This document shows positions 38,288-47,652 of a DNA stretch of 54,818 nucleotides, piece after piece (positions within the stretch are counted from its first letter, which is position 1; the number at the start of each line of letters is the position of its first letter). The DNA lies in the IMG/VR virus record IMGVR_UViG_3300037833_000027, positions 1 through 54,818 of that record; one strand, written 5' to 3'. Source of the stretch: a virus. Lineage: Duplodnaviria; Caudoviricetes. The position numbers were made by a program, and so were the translations under genes. The notes beneath the pieces were generated by a model. It worked only from the letters and a program-made list of their open reading frames with translations, had not been told where the DNA came from and did no database searches.

Positions 38288-38706
38288 TCCGAGCCGGGCG
38301 ACTACATCACCGCGTGACCATCGAGGCCCCCACCAGCACCCCAAACGAACTGGGGGAGGCAGTGCAGACGTGGGCGAGCATCGCCACCGTCTGGGCCGGG
38401 GTTCGTCCCCTGTCGTCGCGGGAACTAATCGCACACGCGCAGGTGGAACACCAAGTCACCCACGAGGTGACGCTCCGCTACACGCCAGCGCTCACGCCCG
38501 CGTGCCGGTTCGTCCACAGGGGGCGCGTCCTTCAGATCGTCGGCATCAAGAACGCCGACGAGCGGAACGTGGAACTACGAGTCACGGTTTGCGAGTCGGG
38601 CGAGATCGTCCCGGCCTCGCAGCCCGCCGCTCTGAAGTTCTCGACCCTCACCGCGCCCCAGTTCTCAACCCTCACGGCCGACCAGTTCGACCAGTTGGGG
38701 GCGTGA
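38284..38706 (+). CDS. Head closure protein (SPP1 gp16-like)
   Basis: RAGRLHHRVTI...GE...W...TVWAGVRPLSSRE...LRY. Confidence 0.9.
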   Translation: MIRAGRLHHRVTIEAPTSTPNELGEAVQTWASIATVWAGVRPLSSRELIAHAQVEHQVTHEVTLRYTPALTPACRFVHRGRVLQIVGIKNADERNVELRVTVCESGEIVPASQPAALKFSTLTAPQFSTLTADQFDQLGA

Positions 38707-39128
38707 TGGGCAAGATCGGCATGCGCATGAAGGGCGACAAGGCCCTGTTGAAGAAGCTCAACAACGTGGCCAAGTCGGGCGCTTACAAGGCGTGCCGCAA
38801 GGCCGTGGTGGCGGGCACCCAGCCGTTGTTCAAGGCCGTGAAGTCCAACGTCCCCGTTGACGAGGGGAACCTCAAGAAAGCGATGGTCAAGAAGGTCAGC
38901 GGCAAGCGAGGGAACTACAACGGCATCGTCGGCGCAGACGTGGATTTCGTCGGGGAGAACGGGGAGCAGCCCATCCGCTATGACCACCTCGTGGAGTACG
39001 GGCACGACGGCGTGCCCGCCCGGTCGTTCGTGCGCAAGGGGTTCGACGAGAGCGGAGCAGCCGCGCGGGCCGCGTACGAGGCCAAGCTCGCGGCCGAGAT
39101 CGAAAAGGAACTGACGAGGGGGAGCTAG
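38706..39128 (+). CDS. HK97 gp10-like neck/tail protein
   Basis: PVDEGNLKK, YDHLVEYG, PARSFVR. Confidence 0.85.
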   Translation: MGKIGMRMKGDKALLKKLNNVAKSGAYKACRKAVVAGTQPLFKAVKSNVPVDEGNLKKAMVKKVSGKRGNYNGIVGADVDFVGENGEQPIRYDHLVEYGHDGVPARSFVRKGFDESGAAARAAYEAKLAAEIEKELTRGS

Positions 39129-39132
39129 GAAA

Positions 39133-39552
39133 GTGGAAACGGCTGAAGGAGCAATCGTCGCAAAGTTGAAACTAGATGCAGGGGTTGCGGCGCTGGTGGG
39201 CACTCGTGTTCACCCGACCACATCCCCGCAGGCCGTGGCGTTGCCGAAGCTGACTTACCAAGTCATCGACACGCAACGGCCGCACAGCAACGACGGCCCC
39301 ATCGGGTTGGCCACGGCGCGTTGGCAGTTCGACTGCCGGGCCACGGACCTCATCGGGGCGAAGAGGTTGGCAAGGGCCGTGCGGCGTTGCCTGAACGGGT
39401 TCAGTGGGACCACGAGCGGGTGGGAGTTCGATTCCATCCGCGTGATTGACGAGAGGGAGTTCCCGGAGACGCCGCAGCCGGGAACCGAGAAACCGCCGCA
39501 GCGGGTGACGCTCGACCTGAGCGTGTCCTACGCGGACGACAGCGGCATCTAA
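39133..39552 (+). CDS. Tail terminator/completion protein (DUF3168-like)
   Basis: ALVGTRVHP...PQ...P.LTYQ...RWQFDC. Confidence 0.8.
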   Translation: METAEGAIVAKLKLDAGVAALVGTRVHPTTSPQAVALPKLTYQVIDTQRPHSNDGPIGLATARWQFDCRATDLIGAKRLARAVRRCLNGFSGTTSGWEFDSIRVIDEREFPETPQPGTEKPPQRVTLDLSVSYADDSGI

Positions 39553-39566
39553 CAGGGGGAAGGCAA

Positions 39567-40013
39567 ATGCCTACTAGCTACGTTCTGGGCTACAACAGCC
39601 ACGTCTACTACAGCACCAACGGCACGTCCTACACGAAGATCGGCCAGTCTCGTGACGTTCAGTCGCCCAACCCCGAGGTTGGCGAGGTGAACCTCACGAA
39701 CAACGACTCGCCGAACAACACCAAGGAGTACGCGCCGGGCATGATCGAGCCGGGCGAGCTTGAGTTCGAGTTGGTCTACAAGGCCAGCGCGACCACCACG
39801 CTCTACGGCCTGTTGGGCGACGGCAACATCTACCACTGGGCCGAGAAGTTCGCCGACGGTTCCGGGTTCACGTGCAAGGGCTTCATCAAGTCGTTCGGCG
39901 TCGAGACGGCCACCGAGGACGAGGCCAACATCACCAAGGTGACGATCAAGCTCACCGAAAAGCCGGTGTTCGCCGCCACCCTGTCCATCACCACGGGCAG
40001 CACGAGCCTCTAA
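39567..40013 (+). CDS. Major tail tube protein
   Basis: Position; KEYAPGMIEPGELEF; F.G.I..F motif. Confidence 0.85.
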   Translation: MPTSYVLGYNSHVYYSTNGTSYTKIGQSRDVQSPNPEVGEVNLTNNDSPNNTKEYAPGMIEPGELEFELVYKASATTTLYGLLGDGNIYHWAEKFADGSGFTCKGFIKSFGVETATEDEANITKVTIKLTEKPVFAATLSITTGSTSL

Positions 40014-40032
40014 TCGGGCGGAAAGGTAGCAC

Positions 40033-40365
40033 ATGCAACTGAACCGTGAATCGCTGCTGGGCAAGAGCCTAGCAAAGCAGGAAGTGAAGCTCGACGCGGG
40101 CAACGTCTGGGTTCGTGAACTGAAGGCGTCCGAGGTGGGCGAGTACATCAAGCGTCACAAGGGCAGCACTGACGAGCTTGACCAGATGGCGTGGCTCGTC
40201 ATCCGTGGCACGTGCGACGAGGCCGGGCAGCCGGTGTTCACGCAGGCCGACGCGGAGGCCGTGAAGGGCATGAGCCTGAAGACCCTGAAGGCCATCGCCG
40301 AAGGCGTGGCCAAGGTGTCCGGGTTGTCGGGGGAAGACGACCCAAAAAAGACGGAAGCGGACTAG
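40033..40365 (+). CDS. Tail assembly chaperone (gpG-like)
   Basis: Between tail tube and tape measure; ends at slippery A AAA AAG (40344-40350). Confidence 0.85.
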   Translation: MQLNRESLLGKSLAKQEVKLDAGNVWVRELKASEVGEYIKRHKGSTDELDQMAWLVIRGTCDEAGQPVFTQADAEAVKGMSLKTLKAIAEGVAKVSGLSGEDDPKKTEAD

Positions 40366-40709
40366 CAGACGGCCAGTGCGAGTTCGCGTTCCTGTTGTGC
40401 CGCACGCTCGGAAACGGCCGGTGGATTCATCCCGACGAGATGCTCGACGAGATGGGCCACCGGCAGTTTCTGGACTGGCAGAGAGCCTACCGCCTCAACC
40501 CGTGGGGTGAAGAGCGGGCCGACATGCGGATGGCCCGTCAAGTCTGGGCCACGCTACAGCCCCACGTGGGCAAGAAGAAGATTCGGGAGTCGGAGTTCGT
40601 CTTCGACTTCCGGCCGAAGCAGGCGCTCACGCCCGAGCAGTACAAGCTGAAGGCGTTGAAGGCCTACGCGGCCAATGGGGGGTTCCATGCCCGGAAAAAC
40701 GATCAGTAG
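40344..40709 (+). CDS. Tail assembly chaperone -1 frameshift extension (gpGT-like)
   Basis: -1 frame reads KKDGSGLADGQCEFAFLLC...NPWGEERAD.R. Confidence 0.8.
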   Translation, partial: KKDGSGLADGQCEFAFLLCRTLGNGRWIHPDEMLDEMGHRQFLDWQRAYRLNPWGEERADMRMARQVWATLQPHVGKKKIRESEFVFDFRPKQALTPEQYKLKALKAYAANGGFHARKNDQ

Positions 40710-42975
40710 CGTCAGCGTCGGGTTGTTCGGCAACGTCGGGCAGTTCACCAAGGCGTTCGGCCAGAAGGCCACGAGCGCCGTCTCCGGGTTCGTCGGCAGC
40801 GTCACCAGCGCGGCGGGCACGCTCGCCAAGTTCACCGGCGTGGGCGCGGCCATCGGTCTGGGCATGAAGGGCATCGACGCCGCCCTAGGGGGCGTCACCG
40901 GAGGCTTTAAGACCGCCGCCAGCATGGAACAAGCCCAAGTGGCTATGGAGACCATGCTCGGATCGGCCGACGCTGCTCGGAAGGTTCTAGGCGACCTCAC
41001 GAGCTTCGCAGCCTCCACCCCCTTCGAGATGCCGGAGCTTGTGGACTCCACGAAGAAGCTCGTGGCGTTCGGCATCGCGCAGGACAAGTTGATGCCCACG
41101 TTGAACGCCATCGGTGACGTGGCGTCGGGCGTGGGCGTGAACGTGTCCGAGTTGGCCGAAATCTACGGAAAGGCCAAGACGCAGGGCACGTTGATGGCCG
41201 AGGACATCAACCAGTTGACGGGCCGGGGCATCCCGATCATCGCGGAACTAGCCAAGCAGTTCGGGGTGACCGAGGGCGAGGTGAAGAAGCTCGTCAGCGA
41301 GGGCAAGGTCGGGTTCGGCAACCTTGAGAAAGCGTTCGCCAGCATGACCGGCCCCGGTGGCAAGTTCGCTGGGATGATGGAGAAGCAGTCGGGCACGCTC
41401 GCCGGGTTGTGGTCCACCTTGTCCGACACCATCGGCATGACGCTGGCGAAGGTCGCCCAGCAGATCATCGACACGTTCAACATCAAGGACGGGATCAAGG
41501 GACTGACGGCCGGGTTGGGCAACGCCGCTGGCGTCGTGACCGGGTTCGTGGCCAAGGTCGCGCCGATCATCAAGGGGTTCGCCCTAGCCGTCTACAACGC
41601 CTTCACCGCCGCCTACCAGTACGTGGCCCCCATCGTCACCCGCATCTACGAGGTGGTGGCCAACGTGTTCGGGTTGCTCGTGCCCAAGGTCATCGGGGTG
41701 ATGCAGGCCGTGTGGTCCGGCCTCGTGAGCGTGTGGAACGCCATCTACAAGTTCGTCGCCCCCATCGCCACGGGCATCTACCAAGTCATCACTTCCACGT
41801 GGGAGGCGAGCCTACAGACCGTGACCGCCTACGCACTCGGAATCTGGGGTGTGGTCAAGAGCGTGTTCGGCGTGGTTGCGAACGTCGTCTCCACATTGTG
41901 GAGCGGGATCGTCGCCGTGTGGAACTGGGGCAGCGAGTTGATTTTCGGCAAGACCACCACGGTGGGCAACGCGACGGTGACGACGTTCCAGAAGATGGGC
42001 GAGTGGTCCCGCTGGATGATGGACAAGCTCACGTTCGCGTTCAACGTGACGGAGTACGTCATCAGCCACTGGCGGGACGTTTTGGACTTGGCCGTCACGA
42101 AGGCGGCACTCGGCATCGTGCGGTTCGCGAATCAGGTTCAGTATTTCCTAGTGGACGTGATCCCGGCCGTGGCCTCGTGGTTCGCGGACAACTGGAAAGA
42201 GATTTTCATCGACCAGTTCAATTTCACGACCACGATCTACGCCAACCTCGCCCGGAACATCGTCAGGATCATCAAGAACATCCCGAAGCTCATCAAGGGC
42301 GACGTGACGTTCGGCGACCTGTGGACGCCGTTGACGGACGGGTTCAAGGCGACCCTGAAGGAACTGCCGAACATCCCGGAACGGCAGCTAGGCGACTTGG
42401 AGAAGGCCCTCGACCAGAACGTCAGCGACCTAGAGGGGCGGTTTTCCAAGGGGTTGGGCGACCACCTAACAGCGAAGCAGAAGGAAGCCGCCGACGCCGC
42501 CAAGGGCATCGCGGACGGCATCAAGGACGTGTTCAAGGAAGAGGTGAAGCCGCTCACCCCCGAGATCAAGCCGCCCGAGGCCCCGAAGGTGCCGCCGGTG
42601 AAGCTCGACGCAAACCTGAACAACGACAACCTGAAACTGACGGTGACGCCGGAGATCAAGCGAGCCAAGGCTATCACGTTCGGGAGCGCCGAGGCCCAGC
42701 TTCTGCGGCTGAAGGTTCCCGAGCTTGCGAAGGCGGCACCCAAGCCGGGGGCAGCGCCCGCCGCGCCCGCACCAGTTGCACCGGCAGCGCCGCAGCCCGC
42801 CGCGCCCACGGGGCCTGTGTCACCCGAGGCGCGGCAGGCCAGCTACACGGAATCGAAGGGCATGGAGAAGTGGTGGGCACAGTATCTGGCCGAGGCAAAG
42901 AAGCAGACGAGCACGCTCGACAAGATCGAGCAGAACACGAGGGCGGGGACCACGTTGGGCGTGGCCAGCTTCTAA
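40687..42975 (+). CDS. Tape measure protein
   Basis: Tape_meas N-domain FAASTPFE...EDINQL..RGIPI...QSGTLAG.WS; periodic aromatic repeats. Confidence 0.92.
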   Translation: MPGKTISSVSVGLFGNVGQFTKAFGQKATSAVSGFVGSVTSAAGTLAKFTGVGAAIGLGMKGIDAALGGVTGGFKTAASMEQAQVAMETMLGSADAARKVLGDLTSFAASTPFEMPELVDSTKKLVAFGIAQDKLMPTLNAIGDVASGVGVNVSELAEIYGKAKTQGTLMAEDINQLTGRGIPIIAELAKQFGVTEGEVKKLVSEGKVGFGNLEKAFASMTGPGGKFAGMMEKQSGTLAGLWSTLSDTIGMTLAKVAQQIIDTFNIKDGIKGLTAGLGNAAGVVTGFVAKVAPIIKGFALAVYNAFTAAYQYVAPIVTRIYEVVANVFGLLVPKVIGVMQAVWSGLVSVWNAIYKFVAPIATGIYQVITSTWEASLQTVTAYALGIWGVVKSVFGVVANVVSTLWSGIVAVWNWGSELIFGKTTTVGNATVTTFQKMGEWSRWMMDKLTFAFNVTEYVISHWRDVLDLAVTKAALGIVRFANQVQYFLVDVIPAVASWFADNWKEIFIDQFNFTTTIYANLARNIVRIIKNIPKLIKGDVTFGDLWTPLTDGFKATLKELPNIPERQLGDLEKALDQNVSDLEGRFSKGLGDHLTAKQKEAADAAKGIADGIKDVFKEEVKPLTPEIKPPEAPKVPPVKLDANLNNDNLKLTVTPEIKRAKAITFGSAEAQLLRLKVPELAKAAPKPGAAPAAPAPVAPAAPQPAAPTGPVSPEARQASYTESKGMEKWWAQYLAEAKKQTSTLDKIEQNTRAGTTLGVASF

Positions 42976-42990
42976 GGGGGGCGTGGGGGA

Positions 42991-43836
42991 ATGGCAGTAC
43001 ACCGTCAGTCAGCACTAGGAACCGCAGGCAGCACGAAGGACGAGAAGGGCGTGGTGGAGCGCACCGCCACGGAGTATTACCTCGTCACGTTCGGAAGCCC
43101 TTCCACGGCCGTGGCGGCATCCGCCGCCGTGGACGTGGCCACGCACCCCGATGACAGCGCCCTGAAGTTCAAGAGCAAGTCGGCCAAGATGGTTGACGAG
43201 AGCAACCGCCTTGAATGGCAGGTTCAAGTTGACTTCAGCAACAAGCGCCCCGAGGCCGAGCAGGAAGAGAACCCGCTCAACCGCCCCGCCGAATACTCGT
43301 GGTCGTTCGACCAGAGCAGCCAGCCGTATTTCATCGACGTGGAAGACAAGCCCGTGGTGAACACGTCGGGCGAGCCGTTCGAGGACTTGAAGGAACGGGA
43401 GATCAGCAACATCACGGGCAGCGTCAAGAAGAACGTGCCCGCCAGCTACAGCGCAGCCACGCTGGCGAACTACAAGCGGGCCATCAACAACGGCGCGTTC
43501 ACGTTCGACGGCGTGAGCATCGGTGACGGTCAGGCCCGGTTCGCGGGGGCGGACCTGTCCCCCGTGAAGAGCGAGAACGGCGTCAGCTACCGCGAGATCA
43601 GCGTCACGTTCAAATTCCGAGAGACATGGGACGATGAAGTAGAAGACCGGGGCTTCAACGAGTTGGGGGCGGGGAACAAGTTGAAGGAGATCGTCAAGGG
43701 CGTGCCGCCCACGAGGGTGGACAAGCCCTACCCGCTGGACGGGGCGGGCAAGGCAAAGCCGAACCCCACCGACGTGCCGCACAAGCTGACGTTCAAGCCC
43801 TACGACCGCTTGCCGTTCAACGTGTTCAACTTCTAA
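42991..43836 (+). CDS. Tail-tip (distal tail-like) hypothetical protein
   Basis: Directly after tape measure; beta-rich; PVVNTSGEPF. Confidence 0.7.
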   Translation: MAVHRQSALGTAGSTKDEKGVVERTATEYYLVTFGSPSTAVAASAAVDVATHPDDSALKFKSKSAKMVDESNRLEWQVQVDFSNKRPEAEQEENPLNRPAEYSWSFDQSSQPYFIDVEDKPVVNTSGEPFEDLKEREISNITGSVKKNVPASYSAATLANYKRAINNGAFTFDGVSIGDGQARFAGADLSPVKSENGVSYREISVTFKFRETWDDEVEDRGFNELGAGNKLKEIVKGVPPTRVDKPYPLDGAGKAKPNPTDVPHKLTFKPYDRLPFNVFNF

Positions 43837-43847
43837 GGGGCGGGGCG

Positions 43848-44834
43848 ATGCCGGAAAAGGTCTACGGGTTTGGTGCGGATGATGCGAAGCGCATCATCAA
43901 AGCCGCCAAGTTTATCGAGCAGCTTCCCACGAAGACGGGGGAGCGGGACAAGTTCCGCCTAGAGGAACCGCAGCGTGGGTTCTGGGCCATCATCGTTTGT
44001 TGTGGCCCCCGTGGCTGCCAGATCGACCCCGACTTCAAGGACAACCGCTACTGGTTCAAGCGGGCCTACGTCGCCAACAGCAACGGTTCCGACCCGGACG
44101 ACTTCAACGCGCAGGTGGACACCTCGAAAGAGAAGGTGTCCTACGTCATCGAACCCGCGACGTTGGACGGGAAGGCGAACCCCTACTACCTCCACCGGGC
44201 GGGCACGCACCACTTCGAGATGTGCAACTCGCACGAGTTGAAGCCCGGCGTCATCGTCTGGGTGAAGTGGGAGTACGACCGCAGCCCGAAAGCCAAGCCC
44301 CGCTACAGCATCTTTGCCGCCGACCGGTGGGCGGAATGTCTGGCCCCTTGTGACACGTCCAGTAGTTCCAGCGGATCGAGTTCCTCTAGCTCGTCGTCCT
44401 CGTCGAGCAGTTCGAGCAAGAGCCAGAGCGGAAGCTCTTCCAGTAGTTCGTCGGGCAGCGGTTCCAGCAGCAAGAGCAGCAAGAGCGGCAGCACCGTCAA
44501 CCCGAGTTCCAGCAGCAGCGGCAGCGGTTCGGGTAGCAGCAGCAAGAGCGGCAGCGGCAGCGGCAGCCAGCCGCCGCCTACGGGTTCATCGTCGGGCAGT
44601 GGGAGCGGAAGCCAGCCGAGTGGCGGCAGTGGCGGCAGTGGCGGCAGTGGCGGTTCCGGCGGAAGCGGTGGGAGTGGTGGTTCTGGCGGGAGCGGCGGCA
44701 GTGGCGGTTCCGGCGGCGGCAGTGGGTCCAGCGGGTGCAACTGCCCGTGGGAGTACAAGACCGTGGTGACCGGGGTGTCGTGCGTGAACGGCCAGATTCA
44801 GGTGACAACGGAAACGATCAAGGTTCTCACGTAA
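43848..44834 (+). CDS. Tail-region protein with long Ser/Gly tract
   Basis: Globular N-domain, about 125 aa poly-Ser/GGS linker, short Cys-containing C-domain. Confidence 0.8.
   Translation: MPEKVYGFGADDAKRIIKAAKFIEQLPTKTGERDKFRLEEPQRGFWAIIVCCGPRGCQIDPDFKDNRYWFKRAYVANSNGSDPDDFNAQVDTSKEKVSYVIEPATLDGKANPYYLHRAGTHHFEMCNSHELKPGVIVWVKWEYDRSPKAKPRYSIFAADRWAECLAPCDTSSSSSGSSSSSSSSSSSSSSKSQSGSSSSSSSGSGSSSKSSKSGSTVNPSSSSSGSGSGSSSKSGSGSGSQPPPTGSSSGSGSGSQPSGGSGGSGGSGGSGGSGGSGGSGGSGGSGGSGGGSGSSGCNCPWEYKTVVTGVSCVNGQIQVTTETIKVLT
44623..44722 (+). repeat. Degenerate 9 bp tandem repeat encoding (GGS)n
   Basis: ggcggcagt and ggcggttcc variants. Confidence 0.85.
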
Positions 44835-46243
44835 TGCCCGATCCTGTCATCACCACCATCGGCCCATGCGGTTGCTGCGGTTCCAGCAGCAGCAGCAGCA
44901 GCAGCAGCAGTTCCCGCAGCACGTCGTCATCCAGCGGAAGCGGGATGCGTGAGGCGTGTTTCGCCAAGTTCACGTGTGACCACGTGTGTGCGAGCGGAGG
45001 CGGGACTTTCGGCCCCGTCACCCACGTCGTGACCCAGTGCGGCAACACGTTCGGCCTAGGTGAAGGCGTCTGGGTCTACACGGGGCAGACCGGCAGCACG
45101 TGCCACTACGCCTACGTGAAGCGGGGTGCGTTCTGCGATCAAGTCCCATCGTGCGGGGAGGACACGTTCTTTCAGCCCACCCCGCCCGCCCCGCCAGCGT
45201 CCGCGTTCTCGTGCCCGTGTGGCCCGAGTAGTAGCAGCAGCACGAGCAGGAGCGGCAGCGGTGGCAGCAGCGGGAGCGGCTCGGGCAGCGTGACTCAGCT
45301 TTACACGCTGACGCCGTGTGGTGGAGGAACGGTCGTCAAGACGACCGAAGACCTTGAGTCGGTCATCATCACGGGTTCCATCGTTCGCTGGCAGGGCAAG
45401 TGCTACACGGTGGGCGGGCCGGTGCCGAACGACGGTACGGGCATCGCGACCGCGACGGAATCCACCGTCTACTCGACTTGCACCGGTTGCCAATCCGTGG
45501 GCAGCGGCAGTGCGAGCACGAGCGTCAGCACGAGCGGTTCCAACGGATCATCCAACACGACGGGCAGTAGCGGCGGCAGCGGGTCGGGTGGATCGGCCAG
45601 CGGGTCGGGCGGCAGCAGCAGCGATGGCGAGCCGCAGCGCTCGTGCTGGACGAAGTGGTACTACTGGTGGAACTGCCGCACCCGCCAACTCAGCGGGCCG
45701 TTCGCCGACTTCACGGACTGCCGCAACGCGGACGGCAGCGACGTTTACACGGACTGGTTGAACGAGGGGGAGACCGTCTTCGGCAACGAGGTCACGTACA
45801 TCCAGTGCAAGTTCAGCAGGTTCGTGAGCCGTGACTACAACTGCGTCCCGGACCCGGACGGCGGCGGGCCGCAGCAGAGCAGTTGCAGCGGCATGGCAGC
45901 GGGCAGCCCCCCTACCGGCCAGCCCACGCAGGCACAACTAGACACGTGCGGTTGCCCGCCGCTCAGTTCTAGCAGCGTCAGCGTCAGCGTCAGCAGCAGC
46001 AAGACCGGCAGCGGCAGCACGACGGGTAGCGGCAGCGGCAGCCATAGCACCGGCGTGAGTAGCGGCAGTCGGGGGGAGGGTAGCACCAGCACCACCACAC
46101 CAAGTAACGGCAGTGGCAGCAGGCCCGGTAGTGGCAGCAGCAGTGGCAGCGGCAGCAGCAGTTCCGGGGCTGGCAGTGGCGGGCCACCGCTGCAAGCCGC
46201 CCGGCCGGGGAACGACTGCGGATGCAGCCGGGCCAAGAGATAA
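44834..46243 (+). CDS. Cys-rich modular protein with Ser/Gly linkers (putative fibre or receptor-binding protein)
   Basis: TAATG coupling; about 26 Cys, mostly in three modules separated by Ser-rich tracts. Confidence 0.75.
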   Translation: MPDPVITTIGPCGCCGSSSSSSSSSSSRSTSSSSGSGMREACFAKFTCDHVCASGGGTFGPVTHVVTQCGNTFGLGEGVWVYTGQTGSTCHYAYVKRGAFCDQVPSCGEDTFFQPTPPAPPASAFSCPCGPSSSSSTSRSGSGGSSGSGSGSVTQLYTLTPCGGGTVVKTTEDLESVIITGSIVRWQGKCYTVGGPVPNDGTGIATATESTVYSTCTGCQSVGSGSASTSVSTSGSNGSSNTTGSSGGSGSGGSASGSGGSSSDGEPQRSCWTKWYYWWNCRTRQLSGPFADFTDCRNADGSDVYTDWLNEGETVFGNEVTYIQCKFSRFVSRDYNCVPDPDGGGPQQSSCSGMAAGSPPTGQPTQAQLDTCGCPPLSSSSVSVSVSSSKTGSGSTTGSGSGSHSTGVSSGSRGEGSTSTTTPSNGSGSRPGSGSSSGSGSSSSGAGSGGPPLQAARPGNDCGCSRAKR

Positions 46244-46267
46244 CGAAGACGCAAAGGGGGCGGGGAA

Positions 46268-47641
46268 ATGCGACCGGAAGACGTTTCAGAAGTCCACATC
46301 ATCAACTTGAAGACGAGGCCAGACCGTTGGGTCAACCTCACGTCCGCAATCGACAAGTGCGGGTGGCCCTTCCCCCAGCCGCAGCGGTTCAGCGCCGTCA
46401 GCGGCGACAAGGTGGGCGTCCCCGGTGACTACGCCTACCAGTACGGGGGCCGCGACATAGGCGCACGCGGGTTCTACGAGGGCGGCGGCGCGTTCGGGTG
46501 CAAGCAGTCTCACGTTGCTATCTTGCAGGACTGCTTGATGCGGGACGTGCCGTCCGTGTTGATCCTAGAAGATGACGCGCTCATCGCCCCGGACTTCGGA
46601 CAGCAGGTTCGGCAGTTCCTAGCAGAAGTCCCCGACGACTGGGAAGGCATCATGCTTGGAGGGCAGCACCACGCCGACCCCTCGACCATCGGGCCGAACG
46701 TGGTGAAGGTGAACTACGCCCAGCGCACCCACGCCTACATCGCCCGTGGCGAGTACATGCGGGAGTTGTACCGCCGGTGGGTTCACGCCGGTGCCCACGT
46801 TGACTGGTTGATGGAGAACTGGCAGCACACGCAGCGGGTCTACGCCCCGGTGAAATGGCTCGTGGCGCAGGCGGCGGGGAAGAGCGACATCAACGGCCGC
46901 ACGAACCCCGCCCAGAGTTGGAACGACCCCACGGGCGAGGAACCGGTCATCCACTTGCGAGCGCCCCGACACGTGGCGGAAGAGTTGCGGTTGTGGGGAC
47001 TCCACTACGGGTTCGACCGCGACCCGGAGACGGGAATCGACAAGGGGCTGACGCACGTGATGGCCAGCGGGAACGCGGAGAAGAGCGCCCCGCTTCGCAA
47101 CTGGGTGGCGACGATCCAGCGGGAGGCCATCAGCACGCCGGGCACCGTGGCCACGGTCTGGCACCCCGAGGTGACGACAGAACTCGCACGGCGGGCCGTG
47201 CCCGCCATCGCCAAGGTCTACAACATCGACGCGGACAACATCGCCGACGCCGTGGCCCAGTTGCCCCCCGAGTTGAACCTCGTGCGAACCACCACGTTCG
47301 CCCACCGGTTCACCGTGCTGTTGCGGTCATCTAGGGCCGTGATGGAGCAGTTGCGCGGCCACGGGTTCCACACGGGCTACTGGCGAGGCGGGGACGGCAT
47401 CGACAACGGCTTGAGGGACGTGATGGACTTGCAGGGGCCACCACGGGCCGACGCCCTACGCCAGTGGTGCGCATCGCTCGCCAGAGAGGCCGAGACGATC
47501 CACGAGGGCGTGGTCACTGTGTGGCATCCAGAGGCCACCAGAGAAGAACTAGAGGCCGCTACGGGCCACGCCGTGTTGGAGATCGCCGCCACGAGTGCCG
47601 ACGAGGTGTTGAACGCCTTCCAGCGACAGGTGGCCGCGTAA
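46268..47641 (+). CDS. GT25-like glycosyltransferase with tandem duplicated C-terminal domain
   Basis: IINLKTRPDRW, RFSAV.G, GC..SH, VLILEDDA, DW..IMLGG, THAY. Confidence 0.85.
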   Translation: MRPEDVSEVHIINLKTRPDRWVNLTSAIDKCGWPFPQPQRFSAVSGDKVGVPGDYAYQYGGRDIGARGFYEGGGAFGCKQSHVAILQDCLMRDVPSVLILEDDALIAPDFGQQVRQFLAEVPDDWEGIMLGGQHHADPSTIGPNVVKVNYAQRTHAYIARGEYMRELYRRWVHAGAHVDWLMENWQHTQRVYAPVKWLVAQAAGKSDINGRTNPAQSWNDPTGEEPVIHLRAPRHVAEELRLWGLHYGFDRDPETGIDKGLTHVMASGNAEKSAPLRNWVATIQREAISTPGTVATVWHPEVTTELARRAVPAIAKVYNIDADNIADAVAQLPPELNLVRTTTFAHRFTVLLRSSRAVMEQLRGHGFHTGYWRGGDGIDNGLRDVMDLQGPPRADALRQWCASLAREAETIHEGVVTVWHPEATREELEAATGHAVLEIAATSADEVLNAFQRQVAA

Positions 47642-47652
47642 CAGGGGGAGCA

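Noticed and set aside
41409-43154. 581 aa alternative-frame ORF in the tape measure gene
   Set aside because: Arg/Gly/His-rich off-frame product typical of GC-biased codons.
44357-46170. agc/ggc tandem runs as a CRISPR array or non-coding satellite
   Set aside because: No constant repeat with unique spacers and no cas genes; the runs are in-frame Ser/Gly codons.
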